64,000 bases of DNA from Candidatus Gastranaerophilales bacterium (GTDB lineage Bacteria; Cyanobacteriota; Vampirovibrionia; Gastranaerophilales; Gastranaerophilaceae), in contig CALUTJ010000003.1 of NCBI GenBank assembly GCA_944323685.1, positions 67,342 through 131,341 of the forward strand, given 5' to 3'. Positions 16,294 through 25,946 of this stretch are shown here, in pieces; the stretch's first letter is position 1, and the number at the start of each line of letters is the position of its first letter. The notes beneath the pieces are model-generated. The model made no database searches. It was not told where the DNA came from and saw nothing but the letters and a program-made list of their open reading frames with translations. The translations under genes were made by a program, and so were the position numbers.

Positions 16294-17919
16294 TTACAAA
16301 AGTTTTATGTTATTTAATGCTTCTTTATGATTCGGGTCAGCTTCAAGCACTTTATTATATTGAACTTTGGCTTCTTCTTTTCTGCCTGCAACCTCGTATG
16401 CCAGAGCAAGGTTGTATCTTATGTCAATATTATTAGGCTCAATTGATAATGCGGTTTCAAGTGATTTTACCGCACTTTCATGATCCCCGTCTTTTGATTG
16501 TAATGTTCCTAAAAGTGCATGTGCCCTTGCATTTTTAGGGTCAATAAAAACAGCTTCTTTATAATATCTTTTTGCTTCGATAAAGTTTTGAATACCGTTA
16601 TAAATATCACCGAGCGTTTCGTAGTAAAGGCTAACTTCAGGTGCCAGCTCTATAGCTCTTTTGCATTGCTTTACAGCCTCAGAATAATTTTTTATGGAGT
16701 TGTTAGCCAGCGCCAGTTTATAAAATATTTCAGGGTTTTCGTTGTTGTATTGCATAGCTTCCGTAAATTTGTTAAAAGCCTGTTTTGTTTTGCCCTGATT
16801 TAGCAGAAAAACTGCTTCTTCCGTAAGTATAGAGGAAAGGTTGTTGTGTATAACCTTTATATCGGAAGGGATTGCTACTTCAATCGCATCATGGCATACT
16901 TTTTTTGCCATATCAAAGTTTTTGTTCATACAGTAGGCCATTGCAAGAGTCTGGCTGAGTAACAGGTTTGTCGGATCTTTTTTTATTGTTTCCGTTATTA
17001 AATCAATACTGTCGTCTATTTTACCTGTATAAATATATATTTTAGCTATGTAGTTTTTGAGAGTATAAATATCCGCTCCCGTTAATTCCATTGCTTTTTG
17101 CGCATACGTAAGCGCCTCATCGTACATGTGCAGATGGAACAATAAATCTATAATTTCTTCGTAATACTTGTAATTTTCCGCATCCAAATTGATAAGTAAT
17201 CGTGAATAGTAAAGTACATTATCTGTATCTTTAAGTTTCAGATAGATTCTTCGCATATCCTTTATTACTTCAATATTGGCCGAATCTTTTTCAAGCACTT
17301 TTTTATAAACGCTTATGGCTTTGTCGTACTGGCTTAAGGAAGAGTATAAATTGCCGAGAATCTCGTAATATTCAAGCTTTTCATTCTCATTATCAACAAG
17401 AGAAACAAGCTGTCTGTATAATTTAAGCGCAGAATCTTTTTGCTTGTTGTTGTAATAAATCAAAGCAAGTGCCTTCATAGCATGAAGATCGTATTTATCT
17501 TTGCTTAATATGTAGCTGTAATAATGCATTGCCTTTTTGGTCTGGTGTGTATCGCGGTACAAATCAGCAATTTGTTTGTACAGGGTAATATCATCAGGAA
17601 ATGCTTTTATAAGTACCAGCAGGTTAGAAATCGCATCGTACTCTTTTTGAATGGAAATGTATATTTTTACAAGCAGTCTGCGCAAATCATGGTGATAAGG
17701 GTTTTGTGCCAGATATTTTTTCGCAAGCTTCTGCGCTGTGTTGTAATCTGCATTGTTAACAAGCGCCTCTACCTGTTGCAGCACCTCTTCCGGTGAAATT
17801 TGCAAATGCTCCCCGTTGGAATTCTGTACTGACGTAGAGTCTTTCAGTTTCATAAAAACATACAAAATCCCAAGAATAAGAAATATTAATAGTGTTAATA
17901 AAATAAAATTGTTAGACAT
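16294..17919 (-). CDS. membrane-anchored TPR-repeat protein
   Basis: N-terminal TM segment followed by many 34-aa A/Y/L-pattern repeats (…YNLALAYEVAGRKEEA…). Confidence 0.85.
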   Translation of the reverse strand: MSNNFILLTLLIFLILGILYVFMKLKDSTSVQNSNGEHLQISPEEVLQQVEALVNNADYNTAQKLAKKYLAQNPYHHDLRRLLVKIYISIQKEYDAISNLLVLIKAFPDDITLYKQIADLYRDTHQTKKAMHYYSYILSKDKYDLHAMKALALIYYNNKQKDSALKLYRQLVSLVDNENEKLEYYEILGNLYSSLSQYDKAISVYKKVLEKDSANIEVIKDMRRIYLKLKDTDNVLYYSRLLINLDAENYKYYEEIIDLLFHLHMYDEALTYAQKAMELTGADIYTLKNYIAKIYIYTGKIDDSIDLITETIKKDPTNLLLSQTLAMAYCMNKNFDMAKKVCHDAIEVAIPSDIKVIHNNLSSILTEEAVFLLNQGKTKQAFNKFTEAMQYNNENPEIFYKLALANNSIKNYSEAVKQCKRAIELAPEVSLYYETLGDIYNGIQNFIEAKRYYKEAVFIDPKNARAHALLGTLQSKDGDHESAVKSLETALSIEPNNIDIRYNLALAYEVAGRKEEAKVQYNKVLEADPNHKEALNNIKLL

Positions 17920-17934
17920 TGTGGTACCCGCAGC

Positions 17935-18267
17935 CTACCCCGGAGGCCATTTAAACGGTCTGCCTGCTAATATATGAATATGCAGGTGAAAAACGGTCTG
18001 CCCTGCCGACTCGCCTGTGTTAATAACAGTACGATATTCTTTTATACCTGCTTTTCGGGTAACGTTTTTTACCGCAGTCAACAAAGCTGACATTACTTTT
18101 TCATTATCAAGTTCATTTAAAGATGCATAATGTTTTTTAGGTATAACAAGTATATGCGTCGGAGCTTGCGGATTTAAGTCATTGAAAGCTACCGTGTTTT
18201 CATCTTCATAAACAAGGTTTGAGGGTATTTCTTTATTCGCTATTTTACAAAAAATACAATCTTCCAT
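17935..18267 (-). CDS. HIT-family (histidine triad) nucleotide hydrolase
   Basis: CIFCKI... and the HLHIHIL histidine triad. Confidence 0.9.
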   Translation of the reverse strand: MEDCIFCKIANKEIPSNLVYEDENTVAFNDLNPQAPTHILVIPKKHYASLNELDNEKVMSALLTAVKNVTRKAGIKEYRTVINTGESAGQTVFHLHIHILAGRPFKWPPG

Positions 18268-18344
18268 ATTATTTATATATCCTCTCTGGTTATATTATAA
18301 TGCAATAGAACATAATTTAAAAGATTATTTATAAAAACAAGAGC

Positions 18345-18373
18345 TTTAGATTTAAACTAAACTGCGATACAAT
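18345..18373 (+). promoter_or_regulatory. sigma-70-like promoter candidate upstream of repeat copy B / tRNA-Arg
   Basis: TTTAGA-17 nt-TACAAT. The predicted start is about 12 nt before the repeat. Confidence 0.35.
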
Positions 18374-18391
18374 ATATTTCAAAACAATAGT

Positions 18392-18513
18392 TGTCCGAGA
18401 AAAATTCGTGATAAGGAGCAAAGCGACGTGAACGAATTTTTGGAGTGATACATTGAAAAGGTGAGCAGTGACGGCTCGAATGCTCGAGGCGGCAACTGCG
18501 ACACTAGATTAGA
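18392..18513 (+). repeat. 122-nt interspersed GC-rich repeat, copy B (tRNA leader)
   Basis: Differs from copy A at 3 positions. Ends 5 nt before the tRNA-Arg 5' end. Confidence 0.9.
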
Positions 18514-18518
18514 TATAT

Positions 18519-18592
18519 GTGCCCGTAGCTCAGCCGGATAGAGCGTCAGCCTCCGAAGCTGAAGGTCGGGGGTTCGAATCTCCCCGGGCATA
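18519..18592 (+). tRNA. tRNA-Arg (anticodon CCG)
   Basis: Hand-folded cloverleaf: acceptor GTGCCCG/CGGGCAT (G1-U72), D arm GCTC/GAGC, anticodon arm TCAGC-CTCCGAA-GCTGA, T arm GGGGG-TTCGAAT-CTCCC. CCA is not encoded. Confidence 0.9.
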
Positions 18593-18659
18593 TTTTTAAT
18601 AAATATAATAAATAAATTTTATATTATAATTGGAAATATAAAATCAACAGGAATAAATT

Positions 18660-19994
18660 ATGAGCACAAAACCCATTGTCGCCGTTGTAGGAAGACCAAA
18701 CGTAGGAAAATCAACATTCGTAAACAGAATTGTCGGCTCCCGTCAATCAATTGTCGATGACCAACCTGGTGTTACCCGCGACAGAATATATTTTGACGTA
18801 GAATGGCAAAACAAACAGTTTACCCTCATTGATACAGGCGGTATTATTCCCGGCGATGAGGACGAAATTATGCTCAATATTTTTACACAGGCAAAAGTAG
18901 CCTGTGATGAGGCGGATAAAATTATATTTCTTGTTGATGGCAAAGAAGGGATAAACCCTGTTGATTATGATATAGCTAATGTGTTGAGAAGAAGCAAAAA
19001 GCCTATTTATCTTGCTGTAAACAAAATTGATGCGCCCGAACATTTTAACAACATTGCAGATTTTTATGCACTGGCTGTTGGCGATCCGCATCCTATTTCT
19101 GCGTTGCATGGTTCCGGCGGAGTGGGTGATTTGTTAGAATCTATTACACAGGATTTTGTTGCCGACGAAAGCGTTACAGATGCTGATATTATAAAACTTG
19201 CAATTGTGGGCAAACCCAATGCGGGAAAATCTTCTATAATCAATGCCCTTTTAGGCGAGGAAAGAGTTATTGTAAGCGATGTATCAGGTACAACACGAGA
19301 CAGCATCGATTCTAAAGTTAAATACGAGGGTGAAGAGTTCATTCTTGTAGACACTGCCGGTATCAGAAAAAAAGCTAAAGTTGACTGGGGCGTTGAAAAA
19401 TTTGCCGTTGACAGAGCAATAAGAGCAATAAAAGATTGCGATATAGCAGTGCTTGTCATTGATGCTGTTGACGGTTTAACAGATCAGGACAAAAAGATAT
19501 CTCAAATTGTTGTCGAAGCAGGCAAAGGTCTGATTGTTGCTGTAAACAAATGGGATTTGATAGAGGACAAAGATAAATCAGACCCGACTGCAAAATATAA
19601 TCAAAAACTTATGCATGATGCTCCGTTCCTTGACTTTGCGCCCAAAATATTCATCAGCGCAAAAACTAAACAGCGTCTGGTTAATATTTATAAACAGGCA
19701 AAAGAAGTATACGCTCAGTGTACAAAAAGGGTTTCGACAAGTATTTTAAACAAAGTTCTTCTGGAAGCTATGGCAATGAACCCGCCTACAACCAAAAAAG
19801 GTAAAAAGCTGCGTGTTTATTATGCAACACAGGTGCGCACCGCTCCGCCTACCTTTATTTTGTTTGTTAATGACGAGGATCTTGTACAGGATAGCTATAA
19901 AAGATATCTCGAAAACAAAATGAGAGAAGCTTTTGGCTTTTTTGGCACGCCGGTTCGTATGTCATTTAGAGAACGCAAGGAAAAAAATAATTAA
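18660..19994 (+). CDS. der: ribosome-associated GTPase Der (EngA), double G-domain
   Basis: Two P-loops, GRPNVGKST and GKPNAGKSS. DTGG/DTAG and NKxD motifs. KH-like C-terminus. Confidence 0.95.
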   Translation: MSTKPIVAVVGRPNVGKSTFVNRIVGSRQSIVDDQPGVTRDRIYFDVEWQNKQFTLIDTGGIIPGDEDEIMLNIFTQAKVACDEADKIIFLVDGKEGINPVDYDIANVLRRSKKPIYLAVNKIDAPEHFNNIADFYALAVGDPHPISALHGSGGVGDLLESITQDFVADESVTDADIIKLAIVGKPNAGKSSIINALLGEERVIVSDVSGTTRDSIDSKVKYEGEEFILVDTAGIRKKAKVDWGVEKFAVDRAIRAIKDCDIAVLVIDAVDGLTDQDKKISQIVVEAGKGLIVAVNKWDLIEDKDKSDPTAKYNQKLMHDAPFLDFAPKIFISAKTKQRLVNIYKQAKEVYAQCTKRVSTSILNKVLLEAMAMNPPTTKKGKKLRVYYATQVRTAPPTFILFVNDEDLVQDSYKRYLENKMREAFGFFGTPVRMSFRERKEKNN

Positions 19995-20656
19995 ATTCTT
20001 TTTAAAATTTGCCGTTTGATTTTATCAACCAATGCATGAAATATTGTTTTATATTTTGCGCATTCTGCATCTAAAAGGTATAATTTGCCGTCTTTTGAGA
20101 TACCTATTTGATGTGTGTCATACTCATATAAATCACAGGGTTTGTAACCTGCTTTTTTTATCATATTTTTTATTTGATCCAGCCATATAACAGGCATGGC
20201 GTGTTGGTACAACTTTTCTTCCACATAAAAATGAGTTTTTCCGCTTTTGCCTTTCTTAAATACCGGAACATCAAACACTGCTGACGGTCGGTTCATCGGT
20301 ATGTGGTTTCCGTCCGTAATTTTTATAATTTTGCCGTCAGCGGTTTCAAATACTGCCGCACTGGCTCCGTAACCCGCCAGTTTTACTACTTTTTTGTGCA
20401 GAATCCCCTGCGTTTGTTTGTTGCTTTGTAAATCTGAAATGAATCTGTTTATTATCTTTTTTTCGCCGACTATGCCTTCGTTAATATTTTTGTCATCTCT
20501 AACATTATACAAAGCACGTTTTAGCGAAACAGGACGGCTGTAATCCATTGTCCAAACATCGCCGCGGGCAGCATCCCGATACAGGGCATACTCTTTACCC
20601 GTTTGGTTTATATGATTTTGTTCTTTGTTTACGGGAAAACTGTTGTTAATTTTCAT
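19991..20656 (-). CDS. hypothetical protein with possible minimal protein-kinase-like fold
   Basis: LAGYGASAAVFETADGKIIKIT resembles a G-loop plus beta3 Lys. DTHQIGISKDGKLYLLDAE resembles a catalytic/DFG-like segment. Weak, motif-level only. Confidence 0.35.
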   Translation of the reverse strand: MKINNSFPVNKEQNHINQTGKEYALYRDAARGDVWTMDYSRPVSLKRALYNVRDDKNINEGIVGEKKIINRFISDLQSNKQTQGILHKKVVKLAGYGASAAVFETADGKIIKITDGNHIPMNRPSAVFDVPVFKKGKSGKTHFYVEEKLYQHAMPVIWLDQIKNMIKKAGYKPCDLYEYDTHQIGISKDGKLYLLDAECAKYKTIFHALVDKIKRQILKRI

Positions 20657-20740
20657 ACATTTATTTTAAATCTCTCAATTTAAAAAATTGCGCTTTTTTG
20701 ATAAAATTATTAAAGTATTTAAAGACTACGAGGAGATATC

Positions 20741-21340
20741 ATGTTACAAGTATTGCTGGCATTGGTTATGGGCTATTTCATAGGTTCTATACCTACGGGT
20801 TATTTAATAGTTAAAGCAAAAACAGGCGAGGATATACGAAAAGTCGGCTCCGGCTCTACCGGTGCAACCAATGTAAAAAGGGTACTGGGCAAAAAATGGT
20901 TCTTTATCGTAATGATTTTAGATGCCATAAAAGGGGCACTTCCTGTTGTATTGGCGGCTTTATTTTTGCACGCCTACGCCAAATACGGAATCACTCCAGT
21001 TGCCGCAGCTGTTGCAGTACTTGTAGGGCACAGCAAATCAATATTTTTAAAATTTACAGGCGGAAAATCCGTTGCCTCAGGGGTCGGAACAATCATTGCG
21101 CTTTGCTGGCCGGTTGGTTTAATCACCGCCGCAATATGGGGCGTAATCACGTGGGTGTCAAAATATGTTTCCTTAGGTTCAATAATAGCTTTAGCAATAT
21201 CTCCGTTCCTTATGTGGGTGTTTAAACAGCCTTTAGGCTACATTGCATATGCAGCAGTCGGTGCTGTTTATATTATCTGGCTGCATAGAGAAAATATAAA
21301 AAGACTCATCAAAGGTGAAGAAAATAAAGTAAGACAGTAA
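20741..21340 (+). CDS. plsY: glycerol-3-phosphate acyltransferase PlsY
   Basis: GSIPTGYL..., GSGSTGATNVKRVLG, and a multi-TM profile. Confidence 0.9.
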   Translation: MLQVLLALVMGYFIGSIPTGYLIVKAKTGEDIRKVGSGSTGATNVKRVLGKKWFFIVMILDAIKGALPVVLAALFLHAYAKYGITPVAAAVAVLVGHSKSIFLKFTGGKSVASGVGTIIALCWPVGLITAAIWGVITWVSKYVSLGSIIALAISPFLMWVFKQPLGYIAYAAVGAVYIIWLHRENIKRLIKGEENKVRQ

Positions 21341-21350
21341 GGTAAAAAAT

Positions 21351-22871
21351 ATGCCTCAGTATAACGGTTTCAAAACGGTACCAAAAGTAGCAATAGACAA
21401 TCATGATACATTATCGCTTGTTTACACTCCGGGCGTCGGTGCTTCTTGTATACAAATAACAAAAAATCCCGAAGCTGCGACTGTTTATACAAACAAAATA
21501 AATTCTGTTGCGGTAATTGCTTTTGATTATGAAGAAGCTCTCGAACGGGCAATATTTTTAAAAAGCGTTTTGCTAATTGATGCTTATCCGCTTGTAGTGA
21601 AAAAAGATATCTCTAAATCGGATTTAAAACTTGCCATAGAAAACATTTATATAAATTTTTGTGCGATAGATTTGTCCTTAATGCAGGATTTTGCAAGCGA
21701 GATGGATTTTAATGTGGATATTCCCGTTTTACAAAAAAACGCAGCGGATTTAAAAGACTTTTTCGGTGCTATTGCAAGAACTGTTTTTATGCTTGATACA
21801 TCAAAACTTAAAGGCAGTGTTAATGAGCGTTCACTACAGCTGCGCGAACTTGCAGGCGGGGTTATAGAAACTCAGCTTACGGAACAAAAACGTCCAAAAC
21901 CCGTAGCAATTGTCTCTGACGGTACGGCAGTGCTGGGGTTTGGCAATACAGGCGCTCTTGCGGCAATTCCGGTAATGGAAGGAAAAGCGGCGTTACATTC
22001 GGAAATGACTGATATAGATTCAATGTCTTTTTGTATAAAAACACAGAATAAGGATGAGCTGATAAAAATTGTACGAATTTTTGAAGACTCTTTCTCTGCA
22101 ATACATCTAGAAGACATTGCAGCCCCAGCTTGCTTTGATGTTGAAAACGCTCTGACTCAGACGCTAGAAATACCTGTAGTGCATGATGACCAGCATTGCA
22201 CTGCGATTGTTGTACTGGCCGGGATTTTAAACGCGCTTTCTCTTACAGGCAAAAAGCTTGAACACACAAAAATCGTAATAACTGGAGCAGGGGCCGCAGG
22301 CAGTGCAATAGCAAAACTTTTACTGTACGCGGGTGCTAAAAATATAATTCTTTATGACATAAACGGCGTTGTATACAAAGGCAGAGAGTCAAATGACAAA
22401 CATCTTGAAGAACTGGCTCAGATTACAAACCCGAATGATGAAAGAGGTGATTTGGATGACATCATCCAAAATGCAGATATATTCATAGGGGTTTCTAAAG
22501 GCGGACTTTTAACAGGACAAATGGTTGAAAAAATGGAATATCAGCCGATTATATTTGCTCTTGCAAATCCGGAGCCCGAGATTTTGCCTGATGACGCCAA
22601 GGAGGCAGGCGCTTATATCGTTGCAACCGGCAGAAGCGATTACCCTAACCAGATAAACAATTTGCTTGTATTTCCGGGGCTGTTTAAAGGGCTTTTAGAC
22701 GGGCATATTAAAAAAGTAACCGATGACATAAAACTTGAATGCGCTGTTATGATAGCGTCAATGGTGGAAGAAGACGAACTTTCAACGGATTTTATAATAC
22801 CCGATGCGCTCGACCGTATGCTTCCGCTCAAAATGTCTCAGGCAATAGCGGAAAAATTTGCCGACAACTGA
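21351..22871 (+). CDS. NAD(P)-dependent malic enzyme (short MaeB/YtsJ type) with ~130-aa internal insertion
   Basis: LSLVYTPGVG, VSDGTAVLGFGNTGALAAIPVMEGKA, HLEDIAAPACF, VHDDQHCTAIV, GAGAAGSAI, ANPEPEI, GRSDYPNQINN. Confidence 0.85.
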   Translation: MPQYNGFKTVPKVAIDNHDTLSLVYTPGVGASCIQITKNPEAATVYTNKINSVAVIAFDYEEALERAIFLKSVLLIDAYPLVVKKDISKSDLKLAIENIYINFCAIDLSLMQDFASEMDFNVDIPVLQKNAADLKDFFGAIARTVFMLDTSKLKGSVNERSLQLRELAGGVIETQLTEQKRPKPVAIVSDGTAVLGFGNTGALAAIPVMEGKAALHSEMTDIDSMSFCIKTQNKDELIKIVRIFEDSFSAIHLEDIAAPACFDVENALTQTLEIPVVHDDQHCTAIVVLAGILNALSLTGKKLEHTKIVITGAGAAGSAIAKLLLYAGAKNIILYDINGVVYKGRESNDKHLEELAQITNPNDERGDLDDIIQNADIFIGVSKGGLLTGQMVEKMEYQPIIFALANPEPEILPDDAKEAGAYIVATGRSDYPNQINNLLVFPGLFKGLLDGHIKKVTDDIKLECAVMIASMVEEDELSTDFIIPDALDRMLPLKMSQAIAEKFADN

Positions 22872-22878
22872 GCCGGGG

Positions 22879-23409
22879 TTAATTTTTGATTTTTGCCCAG
22901 AGGTTTTTAAAGAAATTAACGACTGCTTTACCTGCTGATTTTAATGTGTTGCCGATATTTTTAAAGAAATTACCGGCAGATGTGGCGGCGGTACCGTTTT
23001 TTAATGCTTTAATACCCGCACCGAGCTTATAAAGCCCAAAGGCGCTTAAGCCTGTTAAAAGTAAAACAAGAGCAGCTTTTTTCCAGCCATCGTGTTGGGG
23101 TTGTTTAACAAAATCATTTATCTGATTTTGTGTAGGTACACCCTGCGGATTAGCGGGTTTGTCCGCGGCAACGGTCTGGTATACGTCATTTTTAGGCAGC
23201 GGAGCCGGAGCGGGCGCGGCCGGCAGAGGATCAGGTAAAATTCTCCCCGGCACTGACGGCGGCCAGCCTCTTTGTGCTACATAATTTTGAAGATAAGGTG
23301 ACGGCTGGTCTGTAATGTATCCTACAACATCTTCCGCAACAACTCCGTGAGTTGTCAAAAGGTCGAAACAGTTAGGATAGATTGGTGCTCCGTAATGAAT
23401 TGGCTGCAT
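22879..23409 (-). CDS. hypothetical proline-rich tail-anchored membrane protein
   Basis: P-rich N-terminus (LPDPLPAAPAPAPLP). One TM segment (AALVLLLTGLSAFGL). Basic amphipathic tail. Confidence 0.45.
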   Translation of the reverse strand: MQPIHYGAPIYPNCFDLLTTHGVVAEDVVGYITDQPSPYLQNYVAQRGWPPSVPGRILPDPLPAAPAPAPLPKNDVYQTVAADKPANPQGVPTQNQINDFVKQPQHDGWKKAALVLLLTGLSAFGLYKLGAGIKALKNGTAATSAGNFFKNIGNTLKSAGKAVVNFFKNLWAKIKN

Positions 23410-23618
23410 GGTTGTAATCTCACACTTATTAACACTGATTTTTAAACGGTTAGAGGTACTTCACTTTTTTCCTTCCGTTTTACATGCTATATAAGTATTC
23501 TCACAAGTTGAAATTGACTTTTTGCCGGCAGGTACGTTACAAAACTTAATTTTTTTGATGTAAGTAAACTTGTAATGCTGATATAATAATTGCGTACAAT
23601 AAAATAAGGAATACAACT

Positions 23619-23900
23619 ATGACAGAAGTAAGAGCAAGCCACCTGCTTGTAAAAACAGAGGAAGAAGCCAAAAAACTCAGAGAAGACATCTTAAACGGCA
23701 AAAAATTTGAAGATGTTGCCGCAGAGGTTTCTCTTTGTCCGTCAGGCGCAAACGGCGGAGATCTCGGATTCTTTGGCAAAGGCGTTATGGTTAAAGAATT
23801 TGAAGACGCTGCTTTTTCTATGAATGTAGGCGATTTGTCAGAACCGATTCAAACTCAATTCGGCTGGCATTTGCTTTATTTGACAGACAAGAAGGATTAG
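23619..23900 (+). CDS. parvulin-type peptidyl-prolyl cis-trans isomerase (PpiC)
   Basis: ASHLLVKTEEEA...GGDLGFFGKGVMVKEFEDAAF...TQFGWHLLY. Confidence 0.9.
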   Translation: MTEVRASHLLVKTEEEAKKLREDILNGKKFEDVAAEVSLCPSGANGGDLGFFGKGVMVKEFEDAAFSMNVGDLSEPIQTQFGWHLLYLTDKKD

Positions 23901-23901
23901 A

Positions 23902-25533
23902 ATGATTAAAAAATTAAGGGAATTTTTAAAAGAAAACAAGCTCGACTATCTGCTGATTAATACGACAGATGAGTTTTTAGTTGAATATAATGAGCTTTCA
24001 AACTGTGCAAGATACTTTGTTACGGGATTTTCAGGCTCTACCGGTGATGTTTTGCTTTCAGACAGTGACATTTTTCAGTTTGTAGACGGCAGATATCACG
24101 AACAGGCTGACAATGAGTGTGATTTAAAAACAACAACCGTCGTTAAATTACAGCTCGGGCAGACATTTCTTGGAGAACTCGTTGAAAGAATTGCTCCTAA
24201 AAGCGTTGTCGGTGTTGTTTCTAAAAAAATTTCCCTTAATTTTTATAACAATTTAAAAACAAAACTTGATAAAAAGCACTGCAAAATAAAAACCTTTGAT
24301 TTTGACCCAGTTGAAAAATTTCATTGCCTGAAATCAAGCGGCGCTGCAAATTGTGTTGAGCAAATAAGTCTTGATATTACTGGTGTCAGCGCTGATGACA
24401 AATTTAAAAAAGTTGCCAAAAAATACAAAAAAGATGAAGCTTTTGTTGACACACAGCTTGAAAATATCGCATACCTGACAAATTGCAGACAGTATAAAAC
24501 GCCGTATTCTTCAACTTTTAAGGCAAAAATGGTTTTGTATAAAGATAGAGCGGTTATTTTCAGTGATGAAAAATTTAATACAAATATAGGACAATATTTT
24601 GAAATTTTGCCGCTTAAAGATTTTGACACGGCCTTTAAAAAGGTTAAAAAGGTGTTTTTTAACCCGTCAACAATAAATCTTTACGACTACAAGGTCATAA
24701 AATCAAAAGCATTTGAGGCAAAAACAGATTTTATAAAAGAAATGAAGGCGATAAAAAACGACAGTGAAATTGCCCATTTCAAAAAAAATTACAGACGCAC
24801 TGACAACGTAGTGAATAAAGCGTTTGAACTTGTACAGAGTAAAAACAAATTTACGGAAAAAACGCTGTGTGATGCAATAGATAAGGAATTTATCAATCAA
24901 GGTGCAAAACAGTTGAGCTTTAAAACAATACTTGCTGCCGGAACAAATTCTTCAATCATTCATTATTCGCATCCGTCAGATAAGGCGGAAATTCAAAACG
25001 GTGATTTTGTGCTGCTGGATTGCGGCGGTCATTTTGAAGGCGGGTATTCGACCGACATAACAAGAACTTTTTTAAAAGGCAAGCCGTCAAATCTTCAAAA
25101 AAAAGTTTATACAACGGTTTTAAAAATGTTTTTAAATGCTTATCACTATAAAGTTACAAGCAGAACAACAGGCTATACGCTTGATGCTGTTGCAAGAAAA
25201 ATCCACAGACAATCAGGTTTAAAAGATTTTAATTTTAACCACGGTTTAGGACATGGAGTAGGTATAAACGTACACGAAAACCCGCCGACAATTTCGTGTT
25301 CAAGTGCAGGCAAACGTGTTTTAAAAAAGAATATGGTTTTCACTATAGAGCCGGGGCTTTACAAAGCAGGTTTCGGCGGAGTAAGATTGGAAAATTCCGT
25401 GTATTTAACGGAGGTAAACGGAATATTAAAAATAGAATCGTTGTCTCGTGTTCCGTTTCAAGAAAATGTAATTGATTTTTCTCTTTTGAACGAACAGGAG
25501 AAAAAATGGCTGAAACAATGGAATAACACATAA
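23902..25533 (+). CDS. Xaa-Pro aminopeptidase (M24B family)
   Basis: C-terminal pita-bread motifs: DCGG...GYSTDITRT, HGLGHGVGINVHE, FTIEPG. Confidence 0.85.
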   Translation: MIKKLREFLKENKLDYLLINTTDEFLVEYNELSNCARYFVTGFSGSTGDVLLSDSDIFQFVDGRYHEQADNECDLKTTTVVKLQLGQTFLGELVERIAPKSVVGVVSKKISLNFYNNLKTKLDKKHCKIKTFDFDPVEKFHCLKSSGAANCVEQISLDITGVSADDKFKKVAKKYKKDEAFVDTQLENIAYLTNCRQYKTPYSSTFKAKMVLYKDRAVIFSDEKFNTNIGQYFEILPLKDFDTAFKKVKKVFFNPSTINLYDYKVIKSKAFEAKTDFIKEMKAIKNDSEIAHFKKNYRRTDNVVNKAFELVQSKNKFTEKTLCDAIDKEFINQGAKQLSFKTILAAGTNSSIIHYSHPSDKAEIQNGDFVLLDCGGHFEGGYSTDITRTFLKGKPSNLQKKVYTTVLKMFLNAYHYKVTSRTTGYTLDAVARKIHRQSGLKDFNFNHGLGHGVGINVHENPPTISCSSAGKRVLKKNMVFTIEPGLYKAGFGGVRLENSVYLTEVNGILKIESLSRVPFQENVIDFSLLNEQEKKWLKQWNNT

Positions 25534-25543
25534 TACGGAGAAA

Positions 25544-25945
25544 ATGATGATAAGGCTTGACTTGATAAGGCAAAAAGCTGCGATACAGGCAAATGCACTG
25601 ACAAAAACACAAAAAGCAATGAAACAACAAATTATACACGGTATAAAATCTTCACCTTTTGCAGAAGAGCAATCTATCTCAATAAAAATTGATGATCATC
25701 CTTTTCAAAGATTTTTTATGAACTTTTTTGATATTGATGAAGAACTGGTCAAAGCTGATTTAACTGTGGATTTTACACGTGCATATATGGAAAACGGTAA
25801 ATTGACGGCAAAAAAATATCAATTTCAGGATACTTTCGGTGCTAACCAGCTTACTGAGTTAAAAGAAGGTAAAAATCTTTTGACAAACAAAGATTCATTT
25901 ATTTCTAAACTTGTAAAAAAAATAAATAAGGCAATAAAGGATTAA
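25544..25945 (+). CDS. hypothetical protein
   Basis: 133-aa ORF tightly packed between neighbours. No recognisable motif. Confidence 0.4.
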   Translation: MMIRLDLIRQKAAIQANALTKTQKAMKQQIIHGIKSSPFAEEQSISIKIDDHPFQRFFMNFFDIDEELVKADLTVDFTRAYMENGKLTAKKYQFQDTFGANQLTELKEGKNLLTNKDSFISKLVKKINKAIKD

Positions 25946-25946
25946 A

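Noticed and set aside
18379-18591. 70-aa minus-strand ORF.
   Set aside because: It is antisense to tRNA-Arg and repeat copy B, so it is spurious.
20896-21225. 109-aa alternative-frame ORF within plsY.
   Set aside because: It overlaps a conserved membrane-protein gene in another frame. Its Arg/Cys-rich composition is typical of off-frame translation.
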